64,000 nt of DNA from an uncultured Candidatus Saccharibacteria bacterium (lineage in GTDB: Bacteria > Patescibacteriota > Minisyncoccia > Phycocordibacterales > UBA12088), in the NCBI GenBank assembly GCA_964409035.1, contig CAYPBQ010000004.1:7687-71686 (forward strand), in the 5' to 3' direction. The position numbers and the translations under genes are program-made. Each line of letters starts with the position of its first letter. The stretch's first letter is position 1. Shown piece after piece: positions 10,350 to 19,902 of the stretch. The notes beneath the pieces are model-generated. The model was not told the origin of the DNA, did no database searches, and was given only the letters and a program-made list of their open reading frames with translations.

Positions 10350-11366
10350 ATGGATACCAAAAAAACATATTTCATTTCTGGGGTTGCCGGTTTCCTTGGG
10401 AGCCATTTAGCCGAACATCTTTTGAAAGAGGGTAATCGGGTTATTGGAAACGATACCCTCATTGGAGGATACCTCGATAATATCCCAGAAGGGGTTGAAT
10501 TTCATCAGGTAGACTGCCTCGACTTTGCCCGAATGAAGGAGCTCATGAAAGATGTTGATGTGGTGTATCACACAGCAGCGTACGCATATGAGGGATTGTC
10601 TGTTTTTTCACCTCATGTTGTTTGCGAAAATGTTTTTAGCGCTACTACCTCAGTGTTAAGCGCGGCAATCGCAAACAAGGTAAGACGGTTCGTATACTGT
10701 TCGAGTATGGCTCGCTACGGAGAACAACCGCAAACACCATTTACCGAGGATATGACACCTCGTCCGCAGGATCCTTACGCGATAGCTAAACTTGCCGCTG
10801 AAGACCAAGCTCGTCTTCTTGGCGCTATTCACGGCATGGAGGTGGTTATTGCCATTCCACATAACATCATTGGTCCTCGGCAGAAGTATGATGACCCGTA
10901 TAGAAATGTTGCCTCTATTATGATTAACCTCATGCTCCAGGGTAGGCAACCTGTTATATATGGGGATGGAAACCAGATGCGATGCTTCTCATTTGTTAAT
11001 GATGTTGTTGATCCATTAAAAAAGCTCGCCTACTTGCCTGAGGTTGTTGGTGAGTCCATCAATGTCGGACCTGATGAAGAGTTTGTGACGATCAATGATC
11101 TTGCAAGGGTTATCGCGGATCAACTCAACTTTACCCTAGAGCCAATCTACATGCCGGGGAGACCACAAGAGGTATTGAAGGCAACATGCAGCGCTGATAA
11201 GGCTCGAAGGCTCTTGGGTTATAAAACCACTACCACTCTTGAGGAAGGCATAGCCGAGATGATTGCGTACATACAGAGCCGTGGTCCAAAGCCTTTTAGC
11301 TACCACCTCAATCTTGAAATTGTAAACGACAAAACACCCAAGACGTGGAAAGACAAGATTTTCTAA
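10350..11366 (+). CDS. NAD-dependent nucleotide-sugar epimerase/dehydratase (extended SDR)
   Basis: ISGVAGFLGSHLAEHLLKEGNRVIGND (GxxGxxG) with YxxxK-type catalytic region. ATG at 10350 immediately after the upstream stop. Confidence 0.75.
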   Translation: MDTKKTYFISGVAGFLGSHLAEHLLKEGNRVIGNDTLIGGYLDNIPEGVEFHQVDCLDFARMKELMKDVDVVYHTAAYAYEGLSVFSPHVVCENVFSATTSVLSAAIANKVRRFVYCSSMARYGEQPQTPFTEDMTPRPQDPYAIAKLAAEDQARLLGAIHGMEVVIAIPHNIIGPRQKYDDPYRNVASIMINLMLQGRQPVIYGDGNQMRCFSFVNDVVDPLKKLAYLPEVVGESINVGPDEEFVTINDLARVIADQLNFTLEPIYMPGRPQEVLKATCSADKARRLLGYKTTTTLEEGIAEMIAYIQSRGPKPFSYHLNLEIVNDKTPKTWKDKIF

Positions 11367-11377
11367 TATACTTCTAC

Positions 11378-12112
11378 ATGTATCAAGGAAAAAAGGTGAG
11401 TATAGTTTTTCCAGTTTATAACGAAAAGGAAAACATATATAACGCAATAATCGAATTTTCTTCACACTCGCACGTTGATGAAGTGATTGCTGTTGATAAT
11501 AACTCTTCAGATGGATCCGACGTTGAGATTAAGCGTACAAATGCTCGGTATATAAAAGAGACTCGACAAGGATACGGTGCCGCTCTAACGCGAGGTATGC
11601 GCGAGGCTACGGGAGACATCATCGTGACGGTAGAGCCGGATGGTACCTTTTTAGCAAAAGATCTCGATAAGCTTCTCGTATACAGCAGAGATTTTGGAGC
11701 GGTGATTGGCACACGTACTGTTCGAAGTCCGGTATGGTCGGGAGGCGATATGGGCGCTAACATGGGCTTTCATATGCGAATGGGAAATTGGATGGTAGCA
11801 AAACTACTTGAATACCTCTTTAATGGGCCATCATTTACCGACGTGGGTTGTACATTTAAGCTCATTCACAAAAGTGACTACGACAAACTCAAAGACACGC
11901 TCATGGTAACAGGGTCACACTTTTCTCCCCATCTTATGATGCGTATACTTCAGTTTAAGATTCCAGTAATAGAGGTACCTGTGCACTATCGCGCGCGCAT
12001 CGGCACTTCTAAGATTACTGGGAAATTAAGTAAGACAATACGACTAGCGTTGAGAATGATACGGCTCATTGTAGAGCAACGCTTAAAATCAGTACATGAT
12101 CCCATTTCATAA
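11378..12112 (+). CDS. GT2 glycosyltransferase (polyprenyl/dolichyl-phosphate sugar synthase-like)
   Basis: VSIVFPVYNEKENI...VIAVDNNSSDGSD...DGT matches the GT-A fold DxD region of Dpm1/GtrB/ArnC-like enzymes. About 245 aa with no C-terminal TM. Confidence 0.7.
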   Translation: MYQGKKVSIVFPVYNEKENIYNAIIEFSSHSHVDEVIAVDNNSSDGSDVEIKRTNARYIKETRQGYGAALTRGMREATGDIIVTVEPDGTFLAKDLDKLLVYSRDFGAVIGTRTVRSPVWSGGDMGANMGFHMRMGNWMVAKLLEYLFNGPSFTDVGCTFKLIHKSDYDKLKDTLMVTGSHFSPHLMMRILQFKIPVIEVPVHYRARIGTSKITGKLSKTIRLALRMIRLIVEQRLKSVHDPIS

Positions 12113-13817
12113 GGTGATTGATTGGGTACAAGGCGCGCGTATACCGCTACTTATCCTGCCTTTTTTGGTAGGTTTCTATGCTGTGGTGACACGACTTATG
12201 GGGGTAGGGCAGTTGTACCATCAGGACGAGCATCGTTGGGCCATCGCGGTAAATGGCTCGTATGGCGTTTGGGACGCTATTCCGCACCCGATATTCTCAA
12301 AGCTTATATACATGGGGATTGGTGCCATAACTGGCTACGATTACTTGAGAGTTGTACCCCTCATACTGAGCCTTCTTACGCTCACCCTTATAATGGTTGT
12401 CGCGCAGCGTGCATACGGCACGCTCACCTCGCTCATTGCTGGGTTATTGTATGCTACTACTACCTACGCACTTATTGGATCGTTGCAGATAGATATTGAT
12501 GGAGCGTTTCTTCCATTCTTCACTATTCTCTCTATTGGCGCCTATCTGGAATGGCAACGCGCCACAGCTAAAAAAACAACATACGGAGCTTTGGGCGTTC
12601 TGCTTTTAGCTATAGTGCTAGGGCTTATGACAAAGCTCAGCTTTGTGCTCGTTCCGGCAGCCATAGGTGTTGACGCGCTTCTTCGGTATCAAAAGGTACG
12701 AGATGTGCTTATGAGTGTCCGCATCATGCTGCCACTTGTTCTGTTCGGAGTACTCGGTGCTTTTTTTGTATGGACGTATTGGGGTGATACACGAGCATTT
12801 TCATACATAGAACACTTTGTCGCTTTTAGCGGGCGCGACTATACACAGGTCTTATTCCAACTTGCTAAGGTGCTCTTCTATACGTCGCTTTTCATCCCTC
12901 TACTCATTGTCCTGGGGCTTCAGCATGTTCGACAACTATCAGTATGGTATCTATTTCTTGCCGCGAACATACTCTTTTATTTCGTTATATTTGATTTTAC
13001 CCACCGCACATTCGATAGGTATCTCATGTTTATCATTGTGCCAGGTGTCATCATTGCGGCCTACGTACTCAGCAGGGTGTATGCAGCAATGACGAATAAG
13101 GCAAGACAGGTTATGGTATACAGCTTTTGCATTGTCGGAGTAATCGCGACAAGTATAACGCACATTGTTTTTTCTTCAGCACACACACTTCTTGCGCTTA
13201 CCCCAAAGAGTAAATTTATTGAGGCATTGAAAACATTTGAGTGGAATATCCTTTTTCCGCTCTCTGGAGGATCCGGCCCCATTGGATTCTATTTGCCGCT
13301 TGATGGAATGCTGTACCTAGTCCTTGCCTCGTTCTTTTTTGGTGTCTTGTTTATCCTTGATCACTTAATAAAGAAGCAGGGAAGTGTTGCCCCCTTACTC
13401 CTCGGTGCGTTTATTGCTACTACGGCAGTACACAATGGCTTTGTTACCTTTGAATACCTAACCGGCGGCTACTATGGAAATACAACAAAAGTAGCTACGA
13501 CGATACTATCTGCGTTACCTGACGGAACAAAAGAAGTAAGGACGTATAATGATATTGCCGCATACGAGTTGTATGAGAGGGGTGTGTACGCTGGACGCTT
13601 CTACCCACATGAAGCATTCTTTGAAGCAAATGAAAAAAGACTCAAAGCATATATTGGTCTTTACATGATTGTCGACATGCCGCACCTTAATCCGGACCAA
13701 CTGTTTGGTAGATTTTTTTCAGCATGCAGCGTTGTCGCAACCACTTCAGACAAGTACATAGAAGGAAAATTGGTTTTTTGTGATGAACGGGCGCGACGCA
13801 TGTTTGAAAATAATTAA
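12096..13817 (+). CDS. Second polytopic GT-C family membrane glycosyltransferase (PMT/ArnT-like)
   Basis: More than 12 predicted TM helices. The loop-1 acidic motif YHQDEHRW resembles the conserved DE motif of PMT/ArnT-type GT-C enzymes. 17-nt overlap with the GT2 gene. Confidence 0.5.
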   Translation: MIPFHKVIDWVQGARIPLLILPFLVGFYAVVTRLMGVGQLYHQDEHRWAIAVNGSYGVWDAIPHPIFSKLIYMGIGAITGYDYLRVVPLILSLLTLTLIMVVAQRAYGTLTSLIAGLLYATTTYALIGSLQIDIDGAFLPFFTILSIGAYLEWQRATAKKTTYGALGVLLLAIVLGLMTKLSFVLVPAAIGVDALLRYQKVRDVLMSVRIMLPLVLFGVLGAFFVWTYWGDTRAFSYIEHFVAFSGRDYTQVLFQLAKVLFYTSLFIPLLIVLGLQHVRQLSVWYLFLAANILFYFVIFDFTHRTFDRYLMFIIVPGVIIAAYVLSRVYAAMTNKARQVMVYSFCIVGVIATSITHIVFSSAHTLLALTPKSKFIEALKTFEWNILFPLSGGSGPIGFYLPLDGMLYLVLASFFFGVLFILDHLIKKQGSVAPLLLGAFIATTAVHNGFVTFEYLTGGYYGNTTKVATTILSALPDGTKEVRTYNDIAAYELYERGVYAGRFYPHEAFFEANEKRLKAYIGLYMIVDMPHLNPDQLFGRFFSACSVVATTSDKYIEGKLVFCDERARRMFENN

Positions 13818-13867
13818 ACATAGCCCTCGTTGAGGCTTCGTGGCTAAAATGCTACAATCCTCGGTAC

Positions 13868-14494
13868 ATGACATGGCGTCTCTCAATTTTACGCTCGGAA
13901 CAGTATAAGGCGCTTCAACGCATTACCTTTATGGGTAAAGTGCTCGACCTTGGTGGAACCAAAGATGCCGTCTATCACCGGATGATAAACGGTTCTGGAA
14001 CTTTTTTGGTTGGAAACATTTCCCCAGCGTCAAACCCAGACATACTTTTCGATGCTCAAAAACCTTTTCCGCTAGAAAATGAATCGTTCGACAACATCGT
14101 GTGTCTCAATGTGCTTGAGCATGTATATGACTACAAGCCACTCCTCACTGAGTCATACAGAGTGCTAAAGAGTAGTGGAAGTATGGTTGCCTCTACGCCA
14201 TTTATGTATAGACTACACGGGTCACCTGATGATTTTTTTAGGTATACACCTTCTGCGTTAAAAAAAGCATTCACTGATGCTGGATTTAGAGAGGTTGTAG
14301 TAACCAATCTAGGCAAAGGCCCTTTTTCAATTTTTTGGCAGAGTGTATGCGGCGCTGTTCCCACAGTATTTCTGAGGACATTTTTTCAAGCTGTATTTGT
14401 TGGTATAGATACCGTGTTATCTATACTGAGTAGTCGGTATAAGCGAAACGCTGAACACTTACCGCTCGGGCTATTTGTTGTCGCTAAAAAATAA
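13868..14494 (+). CDS. Class I SAM-dependent methyltransferase (Methyltransf_11-like)
   Basis: VLDLGGTKD (motif I), VCLNVLEHVYD (motif post-II), LKSSGSMV. An extended -10 (TGCTACAAT) at about 13850-13858 may be the promoter. Confidence 0.65.
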   Translation: MTWRLSILRSEQYKALQRITFMGKVLDLGGTKDAVYHRMINGSGTFLVGNISPASNPDILFDAQKPFPLENESFDNIVCLNVLEHVYDYKPLLTESYRVLKSSGSMVASTPFMYRLHGSPDDFFRYTPSALKKAFTDAGFREVVVTNLGKGPFSIFWQSVCGAVPTVFLRTFFQAVFVGIDTVLSILSSRYKRNAEHLPLGLFVVAKK

Positions 14495-14500
14495 TCTTGT

Positions 14501-16192
14501 ATGCGTACGCACTATTTATTCAAGGCTGAGGGGGGCGCAGTAAAGGCGGAAAAGGGAATGCTCAGTGAGTACACGAGTGGAGAGGTAACTATATATTCAC
14601 ACGGACTTTCTGATGCCGTGATTAAAGAAATACTCCATTCGTATAAGTCTGAAGGCCTTATACCGTACGTAGATTCACTCACGATAAGTACCTTTTTGTG
14701 TATTATCTCTGATACACAGAAGGGAACCATCATTGTCATTAACGATAAATTCGGGAATAACGAAATATATTATCTCAAAACAAAAACTGGATTTTATCTC
14801 TCTGATTCACTGTCGGCTCTATTTGACTCTGCTAATATTACGCCTGAGGTTGATGTAGTTTCTGCGTATGAGCTCCTTTCATTTTTTACTATTCTTCCAC
14901 CTCGTACAATATATAAAGAGGCACAAGCAGTACCTGTGGGGAGTATGCTCACTCATTCATCAGAGGAAACCACATGCGTACGGTACTGGAACCTTGAGAA
15001 GAGGCTTTCAGATAAAGCAACAGACTATGAAGCACACGTTAATGCGTACCGGAAGATCTTTCATGACACAATCAAGCAAAGCGCTGATGGCAAGGTAGCT
15101 GTGGCGCTTTCGGGTGGTATTGATTCGGGTGGTATTCTTGGGGTCCTTACAGATATAAAAAAGTCTCCAGTACCGAGTATCTCGGTGGGAGCACAAGGTC
15201 CTAATAGTCATGATCTTGTAAGTGCCCGAAAGACCGTAGCCCATTTTGCATCTCCCAATGTTGAGTTGTACCCTGAGGCAAAATCATTCCTCTCACTTCT
15301 TGCATTTGTTGCGAAGAATATACAACAACCAATTAGTGTTGAAATGATACTTTCATGTTCGCCTGTATATAAGAAAGCAAAAGAGATGGGATATGAAAAG
15401 CTTTACTTTGGCTACGGCACGCAGCTACTGCTTGGCAACTTAAAGTCTGCACAATTTGAATACGCAACTCGTCTTTATGAGAAGTATCTTCCAAGAATTA
15501 TCCTCAATCCCTTATACTTACTCTATGCAAAGTACAAGGGTTTTTCAGAAACTAGAGTGGCGTACTTACTTGCTTCATCATGGCGGGAGCGTTTTGGATA
15601 TGCAAAGGGGGCACTCTACACAAGAGAAAAGCATTTATTTAAGGCACTCCCACAAAACTTTTTTGATGAGGTAACAGCGCACATCGCTCCTATCGAGGCG
15701 AGCTCGATTGCCCGAAGTGACGCTTTTGTCATTATGGAGATAACAAGTTGGATTGAATGCCAACAACAAAAAGATGGTCACGCAATCGCGCGAGTGTTTG
15801 AGATGGAGTCAATTGCTCCGTGGAATACTCCAACGGTTGCAGAAATCATGTTCCGTACATCAGATGAGATGCGACGACGCAATAAGTGGCAAAAGCAACT
15901 CATTCGGGACATGCTTAAACCATTTGTGCCTGAGCACCTCTACACAAGAGGGGGGAATTCACTCCTTGTTCCGTACACAACTCTGTTTGAAGAATATCGT
16001 CCTGTGCTGATTGCATACCTGAAGGGGAACAAGCTTATACAAAAACTTATTGATATGGATAGGTACGAAAAGGATTACAACACCCTTCCTGAGCCTGGGC
16101 TTAGTCTATTGCGTCTTACGAGCCTTGCGCTATGGTATGACGGCAAGCATGATAAAAATCATTTAGAAGAATTTGAGTCTCAAATAAAGTAA
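14501..16192 (+). CDS. Asparagine synthetase (AsnB)-like amidotransferase/ATP-pyrophosphatase, lacking the N-terminal Cys nucleophile
   Basis: PP-loop VALSGGIDSGGILGVL (SGGxDS). The N-terminal domain resembles the Asn-synthase glutaminase domain, but the protein does not begin with MCG. Confidence 0.6.
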   Translation: MRTHYLFKAEGGAVKAEKGMLSEYTSGEVTIYSHGLSDAVIKEILHSYKSEGLIPYVDSLTISTFLCIISDTQKGTIIVINDKFGNNEIYYLKTKTGFYLSDSLSALFDSANITPEVDVVSAYELLSFFTILPPRTIYKEAQAVPVGSMLTHSSEETTCVRYWNLEKRLSDKATDYEAHVNAYRKIFHDTIKQSADGKVAVALSGGIDSGGILGVLTDIKKSPVPSISVGAQGPNSHDLVSARKTVAHFASPNVELYPEAKSFLSLLAFVAKNIQQPISVEMILSCSPVYKKAKEMGYEKLYFGYGTQLLLGNLKSAQFEYATRLYEKYLPRIILNPLYLLYAKYKGFSETRVAYLLASSWRERFGYAKGALYTREKHLFKALPQNFFDEVTAHIAPIEASSIARSDAFVIMEITSWIECQQQKDGHAIARVFEMESIAPWNTPTVAEIMFRTSDEMRRRNKWQKQLIRDMLKPFVPEHLYTRGGNSLLVPYTTLFEEYRPVLIAYLKGNKLIQKLIDMDRYEKDYNTLPEPGLSLLRLTSLALWYDGKHDKNHLEEFESQIK

Positions 16193-16194
16193 AA

Positions 16195-16226
16195 CCCCAA
16201 GTTCGTAATTTTGCACGAACTTGGGG
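16195..16226. terminator. Bidirectional intrinsic terminator between convergent genes (perfect 11-bp stem CCCCAAGTTCG...CGAACTTGGGG), A-run on + strand and T-run on - strand
   Basis: Perfect inverted repeat read from the sequence, lying between the + strand stop at 16192 and the - strand stop at 16243. Confidence 0.6.
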
Positions 16227-16242
16227 GAAGGCCCCCTAGGGG

Positions 16243-17082
16243 CTAAAGATACGGTTCGGCAGAGTCTCCCATCACTCCTATCATTTTGGTGTAACCCATT
16301 GTTTGGGCTACTCTTTCCATTGCGGCATAGACTCCGCCTCCTTGACGTCCGACAGAGATCCCTTGCTCGTATAGCCATCTCATTCTCGAGTCCGCCTCTT
16401 CCCATGTTATTGGTATTCCTGTGAGGCCAATTTCCTCGATTTCCACTATGAAGGGGGTTCTCAAGTCAACACTTCGAAGATAAGTTCCAGTTATCCCTCT
16501 TTTTTGAGGGTCCCCATTCACTGTGTACAGGATGTTGGCTCTATAACCAGTATCTTCTAGTGCTCTTCTTATACCAGCACAAGTTGCTCCACTTCCTGCG
16601 GAGCATACAATGCAGTCGTATTGCTGTAGGGAATTGAAAATTTCCCTTGCGGTAATTTGCTGATGTGCCAGTACTGCACGTGGATCATTTAGTTGATCAA
16701 CGTAGTAGTACTCTCCTGCGCTTTCTTTAACCATATTTAGCGCATGGTTGTGGCTCTCCAGTGTGCAGGTGCCGCATTGTATGATGTTAGCACCAAACTC
16801 TCGAAGCTTTGAAAGCTTCAAAGGCGGGATTTTTTCGTTTACAACGACGGTACACCTGATACGTTTCTCTGCGCAGTAGAGGGCTACTGCGCAAGCAAAG
16901 CTGCCGCTCGAAGCACACCAAATATGTTTGTGCCTTACCCTTCTCAGCTCATCATCAAGAATGAACCTAGCTGGTTTTGCCTTTACTGCGCCATAAGGAT
17001 CATGTCCTCCCTCAAGTTTTGCAAACAATTGTAAGCTGCTTCTTGAGGGAAGCCTGACAATCGGAGGTGTCTTGGTTGCCAC
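16243..17082 (-). CDS. PLP-dependent enzyme of the cysteine synthase/CBS (tryptophan-synthase-beta fold II) family
   Basis: Collinear with CysK: PIVRL (substrate loop), KLEGGHDPYGAVKAKPA (PLP-lysine region, compare KxExxNPxxSVKxR), SSGSFACAVALYCA (compare TSGNTGIALA), CSAGSGATCAGIRRAL (compare GTGGTxxG glycine loop). Confidence 0.6.
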   Translation of the reverse strand: MATKTPPIVRLPSRSSLQLFAKLEGGHDPYGAVKAKPARFILDDELRRVRHKHIWCASSGSFACAVALYCAEKRIRCTVVVNEKIPPLKLSKLREFGANIIQCGTCTLESHNHALNMVKESAGEYYYVDQLNDPRAVLAHQQITAREIFNSLQQYDCIVCSAGSGATCAGIRRALEDTGYRANILYTVNGDPQKRGITGTYLRSVDLRTPFIVEIEEIGLTGIPITWEEADSRMRWLYEQGISVGRQGGGVYAAMERVAQTMGYTKMIGVMGDSAEPYL

Positions 17083-17199
17083 TGAAGTTCTCCTCGGGAC
17101 ACCGTGCCCATTTGTTAAACAAAATGTGATAACAGTTAGTTACAGGAGTAATTAACTGTCCACATTGCCACAGGCACTATGCCATTTTCTTTCAAAAAA

Positions 17200-18438
17200 T
17201 CAACCCAATGCTTGTATTTTCGATTGAATGAGGTTTTTTGTGAATGTTACATCGCCAATGTCTAATGATGCGGTAACCAATTTCTCCATATCCTCAGGTG
17301 CTATATCTAGTAGGTCTTGAAGCAGGTCATACCATAGAGATTCTTGCATGTGGTACAAGAACCGTTTTTGATCATTTCCAAAATATGCGGTGATGGCTGT
17401 GTTAGATAGGCTGATATCCCACAACACATCTATGATGTGTAGTGATAAGAGATCATCCGTATCTGCGCATCTTCCACCAAGGGATGTAGCATCCTTAAAA
17501 AAGCTAAATGCCGGTATGTTAAAAATAGAATCAAAAGCTATAAGAGCATGTTGCCAGTACAAATTCTCGTCGTATACATTTGGAGTCGTAAAGTGAGCAA
17601 ATGAATCTCGGTGATTGCGTATGACACTAACTAGTTTAGTGCCTATTGGTTCTGATGCATTCGTGTTTGAACTTTCAGCTACAAATTTACCAGCATAGAT
17701 GACCTCAAAGTAGTAATGAAGAAATACTGTAGCGCGAGTAAGAAGTGGGGCAGTGGCTGACACATTCTTATCAGCAGTGAAAAAAGTGATTACCCCAGCT
17801 TCCTTGCTATGACTCACGCGCCAAGGCTTGAGTGTCCTCCCTGCATTATTAAGAGTTTGCGAATATTGCTGCATATCTAAGACTTGCAGGGCTAGTTCTC
17901 TGTCTTCAAAATCAGCAGCAGTACAAGCGCTAAGTGATGATTGGTACGCATGTTGCCACGCATCATCTTCCGTGTGCCTTGTTGCAGAAAGTATCATTCT
18001 AAGTGAAAGTTTTTTACTTAAGTTCTCTATGTTGTCAGCATGGTGAAGCTTTAAAAGAGCATGCGGAGGATTTGCTACAAGCAATCTCTTAATTGCAGTA
18101 TCAGTGAGGTACTTGGTGGCTATGGGGTTGTGTGGAATAGAGTCGAGCAATGAATGCCCAAATGTTAGAAGCGCATCAGCACTGGAAGGATCAACCAATG
18201 GAAATATATTTTTTAGTGTGCGCTCTATTTCTTCAATTAAAGCAATCATTTTGTTGTGAGCACACGCCGATGCGTCAGATGAAGAAATGTCGCATCCTAA
18301 TGCGACTACCTTCTCGCGAAACTGCTTTTGATTCTTATCAGAGAGAATCTGTAATTTTTCGTGTGTATTTGGGAGCACTTCAAGAAGATGGCTACACTCA
18401 TCATTAAGTATGTGCTGTAGGTGGGGAATTGATTTCAT
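17200..18438 (-). CDS. Hypothetical protein (412 aa), no recognisable motif; probably co-transcribed with the downstream CysK-like gene
   Basis: Long ORF with coding-like composition. The only support is the open frame and operon context. Confidence 0.4.
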   Translation of the reverse strand: MKSIPHLQHILNDECSHLLEVLPNTHEKLQILSDKNQKQFREKVVALGCDISSSDASACAHNKMIALIEEIERTLKNIFPLVDPSSADALLTFGHSLLDSIPHNPIATKYLTDTAIKRLLVANPPHALLKLHHADNIENLSKKLSLRMILSATRHTEDDAWQHAYQSSLSACTAADFEDRELALQVLDMQQYSQTLNNAGRTLKPWRVSHSKEAGVITFFTADKNVSATAPLLTRATVFLHYYFEVIYAGKFVAESSNTNASEPIGTKLVSVIRNHRDSFAHFTTPNVYDENLYWQHALIAFDSIFNIPAFSFFKDATSLGGRCADTDDLLSLHIIDVLWDISLSNTAITAYFGNDQKRFLYHMQESLWYDLLQDLLDIAPEDMEKLVTASLDIGDVTFTKNLIQSKIQALG

Positions 18439-18566
18439 ATTTGTCGTAACGGTATGCTAGAAACGCTTTTTAATTATAGTTTTTCCATGGTATCACCACT
18501 TGAAGACGCGTACACTACCCAGCAAAAATTGGAATAATAAATACACTGTTACTGCTTTGGTCTGCG

Positions 18567-19844
18567 TTAATTTGGTGTAGTAAATATCTTGTTTAAATAT
18601 ATCGAGCCTAGCCCAGCTTGTAGGATGCGCGCACCGATGCGGGCGACAATCGCACCCATGATGCCAAAGAAGGCAATACCAATAACCAGTGAACAGATTT
18701 GAATCACTGACCCAGTGATTTGTAGTGTGTATAGCTCCCTTACTTTTTTGTGTGCTTTTAGAATGGTATTTGGGATAGACATAAGCGCCCCAAGTATGGT
18801 GAGTGAGAGTAGTTGAGTGTAGGGGATACTCGCAAGATATTGTGGAAAGAGTAGTGCAAATATATATGGAGCAAGTAGGGCATAGATGCCAGCAATGGCA
18901 AGGAGGAATACACCAAAAAGCATCATTCGAGCATAGATAGTGCGTCCTATCTCATTGATTGAACGTTCTGCAAACTTTGGCAGCGCAACAGTGCTTATCG
19001 TGCGCGTCATGTTGCGTATGTAGTCGGGAAATAGGGTAGCAAAGGTGTATATCGCAAGCTCAATCGGTCCTAAAAAGTAGAATACTAAGACCTTGTCTAT
19101 GTGGTTGGTGATTACATAAAAACCATTTATGTAACTAAGGTGTTTGCCGTACTCGATGGTGTCTGTGTGTGTTGCGCCATCAACTAATACCTCGTGGTAC
19201 TTGTTTACGACAAACATAAGCATTATCGCGTGTGCTGCGGTATAAAACGCAAAGTATGCAATCACCAGCGAGAGTAGCTCTGTGGAGTAAAACAAGGCGC
19301 TCACAACACCTAGGGTGCCGGCAATATGCGCAAGCGTGACATACATACTTGTTCGCTTGAAATCCTTTTTTCCACTTAGGTACGATGAGTACATCTGTAC
19401 AGGCTCAAATAGAGGGAGGAATACCGCAGCGACAACTAACGCAAGTGCTAGTTCAGTATGTTGCTCTACTACATAGTAATAGATGGCAATACCTAATGCG
19501 GCAACTGATGCAAGGACACCCCAACGCATGCGAACCATAAGGCTATATGCAAAAACTCCTCTTTCATTAAGCGCGACCGCTCTTACAACTGATGTTGCAA
19601 GACCTGGTAGGGTAAGAGCACCCAATACACCAGCAACAGAGAGAATGAATCGATAGTTACCAAAGACTTCAGGAGGAATGAGGTTGGCAAATGCATAGGA
19701 TAGAATGAGCCCTGATGCACCAGTAATCAGTTGCCCGAAAGTAATCCAAAACCCTCCACCCAGGAGGTATTTCATGTCGGTTTTGGTGTACCGCTCGGAT
19801 TTTTTCAGTATGACAAGAAGGCGGTTTTTTAGGGATGTGAGCAT
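18567..19844 (-). CDS. Wzx-like oligosaccharide flippase (MOP/MATE superfamily polysaccharide biosynthesis protein)
   Basis: 425 aa with 12 predicted TM helices. The N-terminus (GGGFWITFGQLITGASGLILSYAFANLIPPEVFG) is typical of the Polysacc_synt/Wzx family. Confidence 0.65.
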   Translation of the reverse strand: MLTSLKNRLLVILKKSERYTKTDMKYLLGGGFWITFGQLITGASGLILSYAFANLIPPEVFGNYRFILSVAGVLGALTLPGLATSVVRAVALNERGVFAYSLMVRMRWGVLASVAALGIAIYYYVVEQHTELALALVVAAVFLPLFEPVQMYSSYLSGKKDFKRTSMYVTLAHIAGTLGVVSALFYSTELLSLVIAYFAFYTAAHAIMLMFVVNKYHEVLVDGATHTDTIEYGKHLSYINGFYVITNHIDKVLVFYFLGPIELAIYTFATLFPDYIRNMTRTISTVALPKFAERSINEIGRTIYARMMLFGVFLLAIAGIYALLAPYIFALLFPQYLASIPYTQLLSLTILGALMSIPNTILKAHKKVRELYTLQITGSVIQICSLVIGIAFFGIMGAIVARIGARILQAGLGSIYLNKIFTTPN

Positions 19845-19902
19845 GTACAGTATTGTAACTCTCGATTCGCAATAGGGATACTGCCGTGGTATAGTTTTTC
19901 CA

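Noticed and set aside
12122-12499. 125-aa ORF in an alternative frame inside the second GT-C gene, and similar 60-160-aa antisense or alternative-frame ORFs throughout (e.g. 3723-4208 -, 31026-31469 -, 53938-54465 -)
   Set aside because: They are fully embedded in longer ORFs with clear domain signatures, and their Arg/Cys/Ser-rich low-complexity translations are typical of out-of-frame noise.
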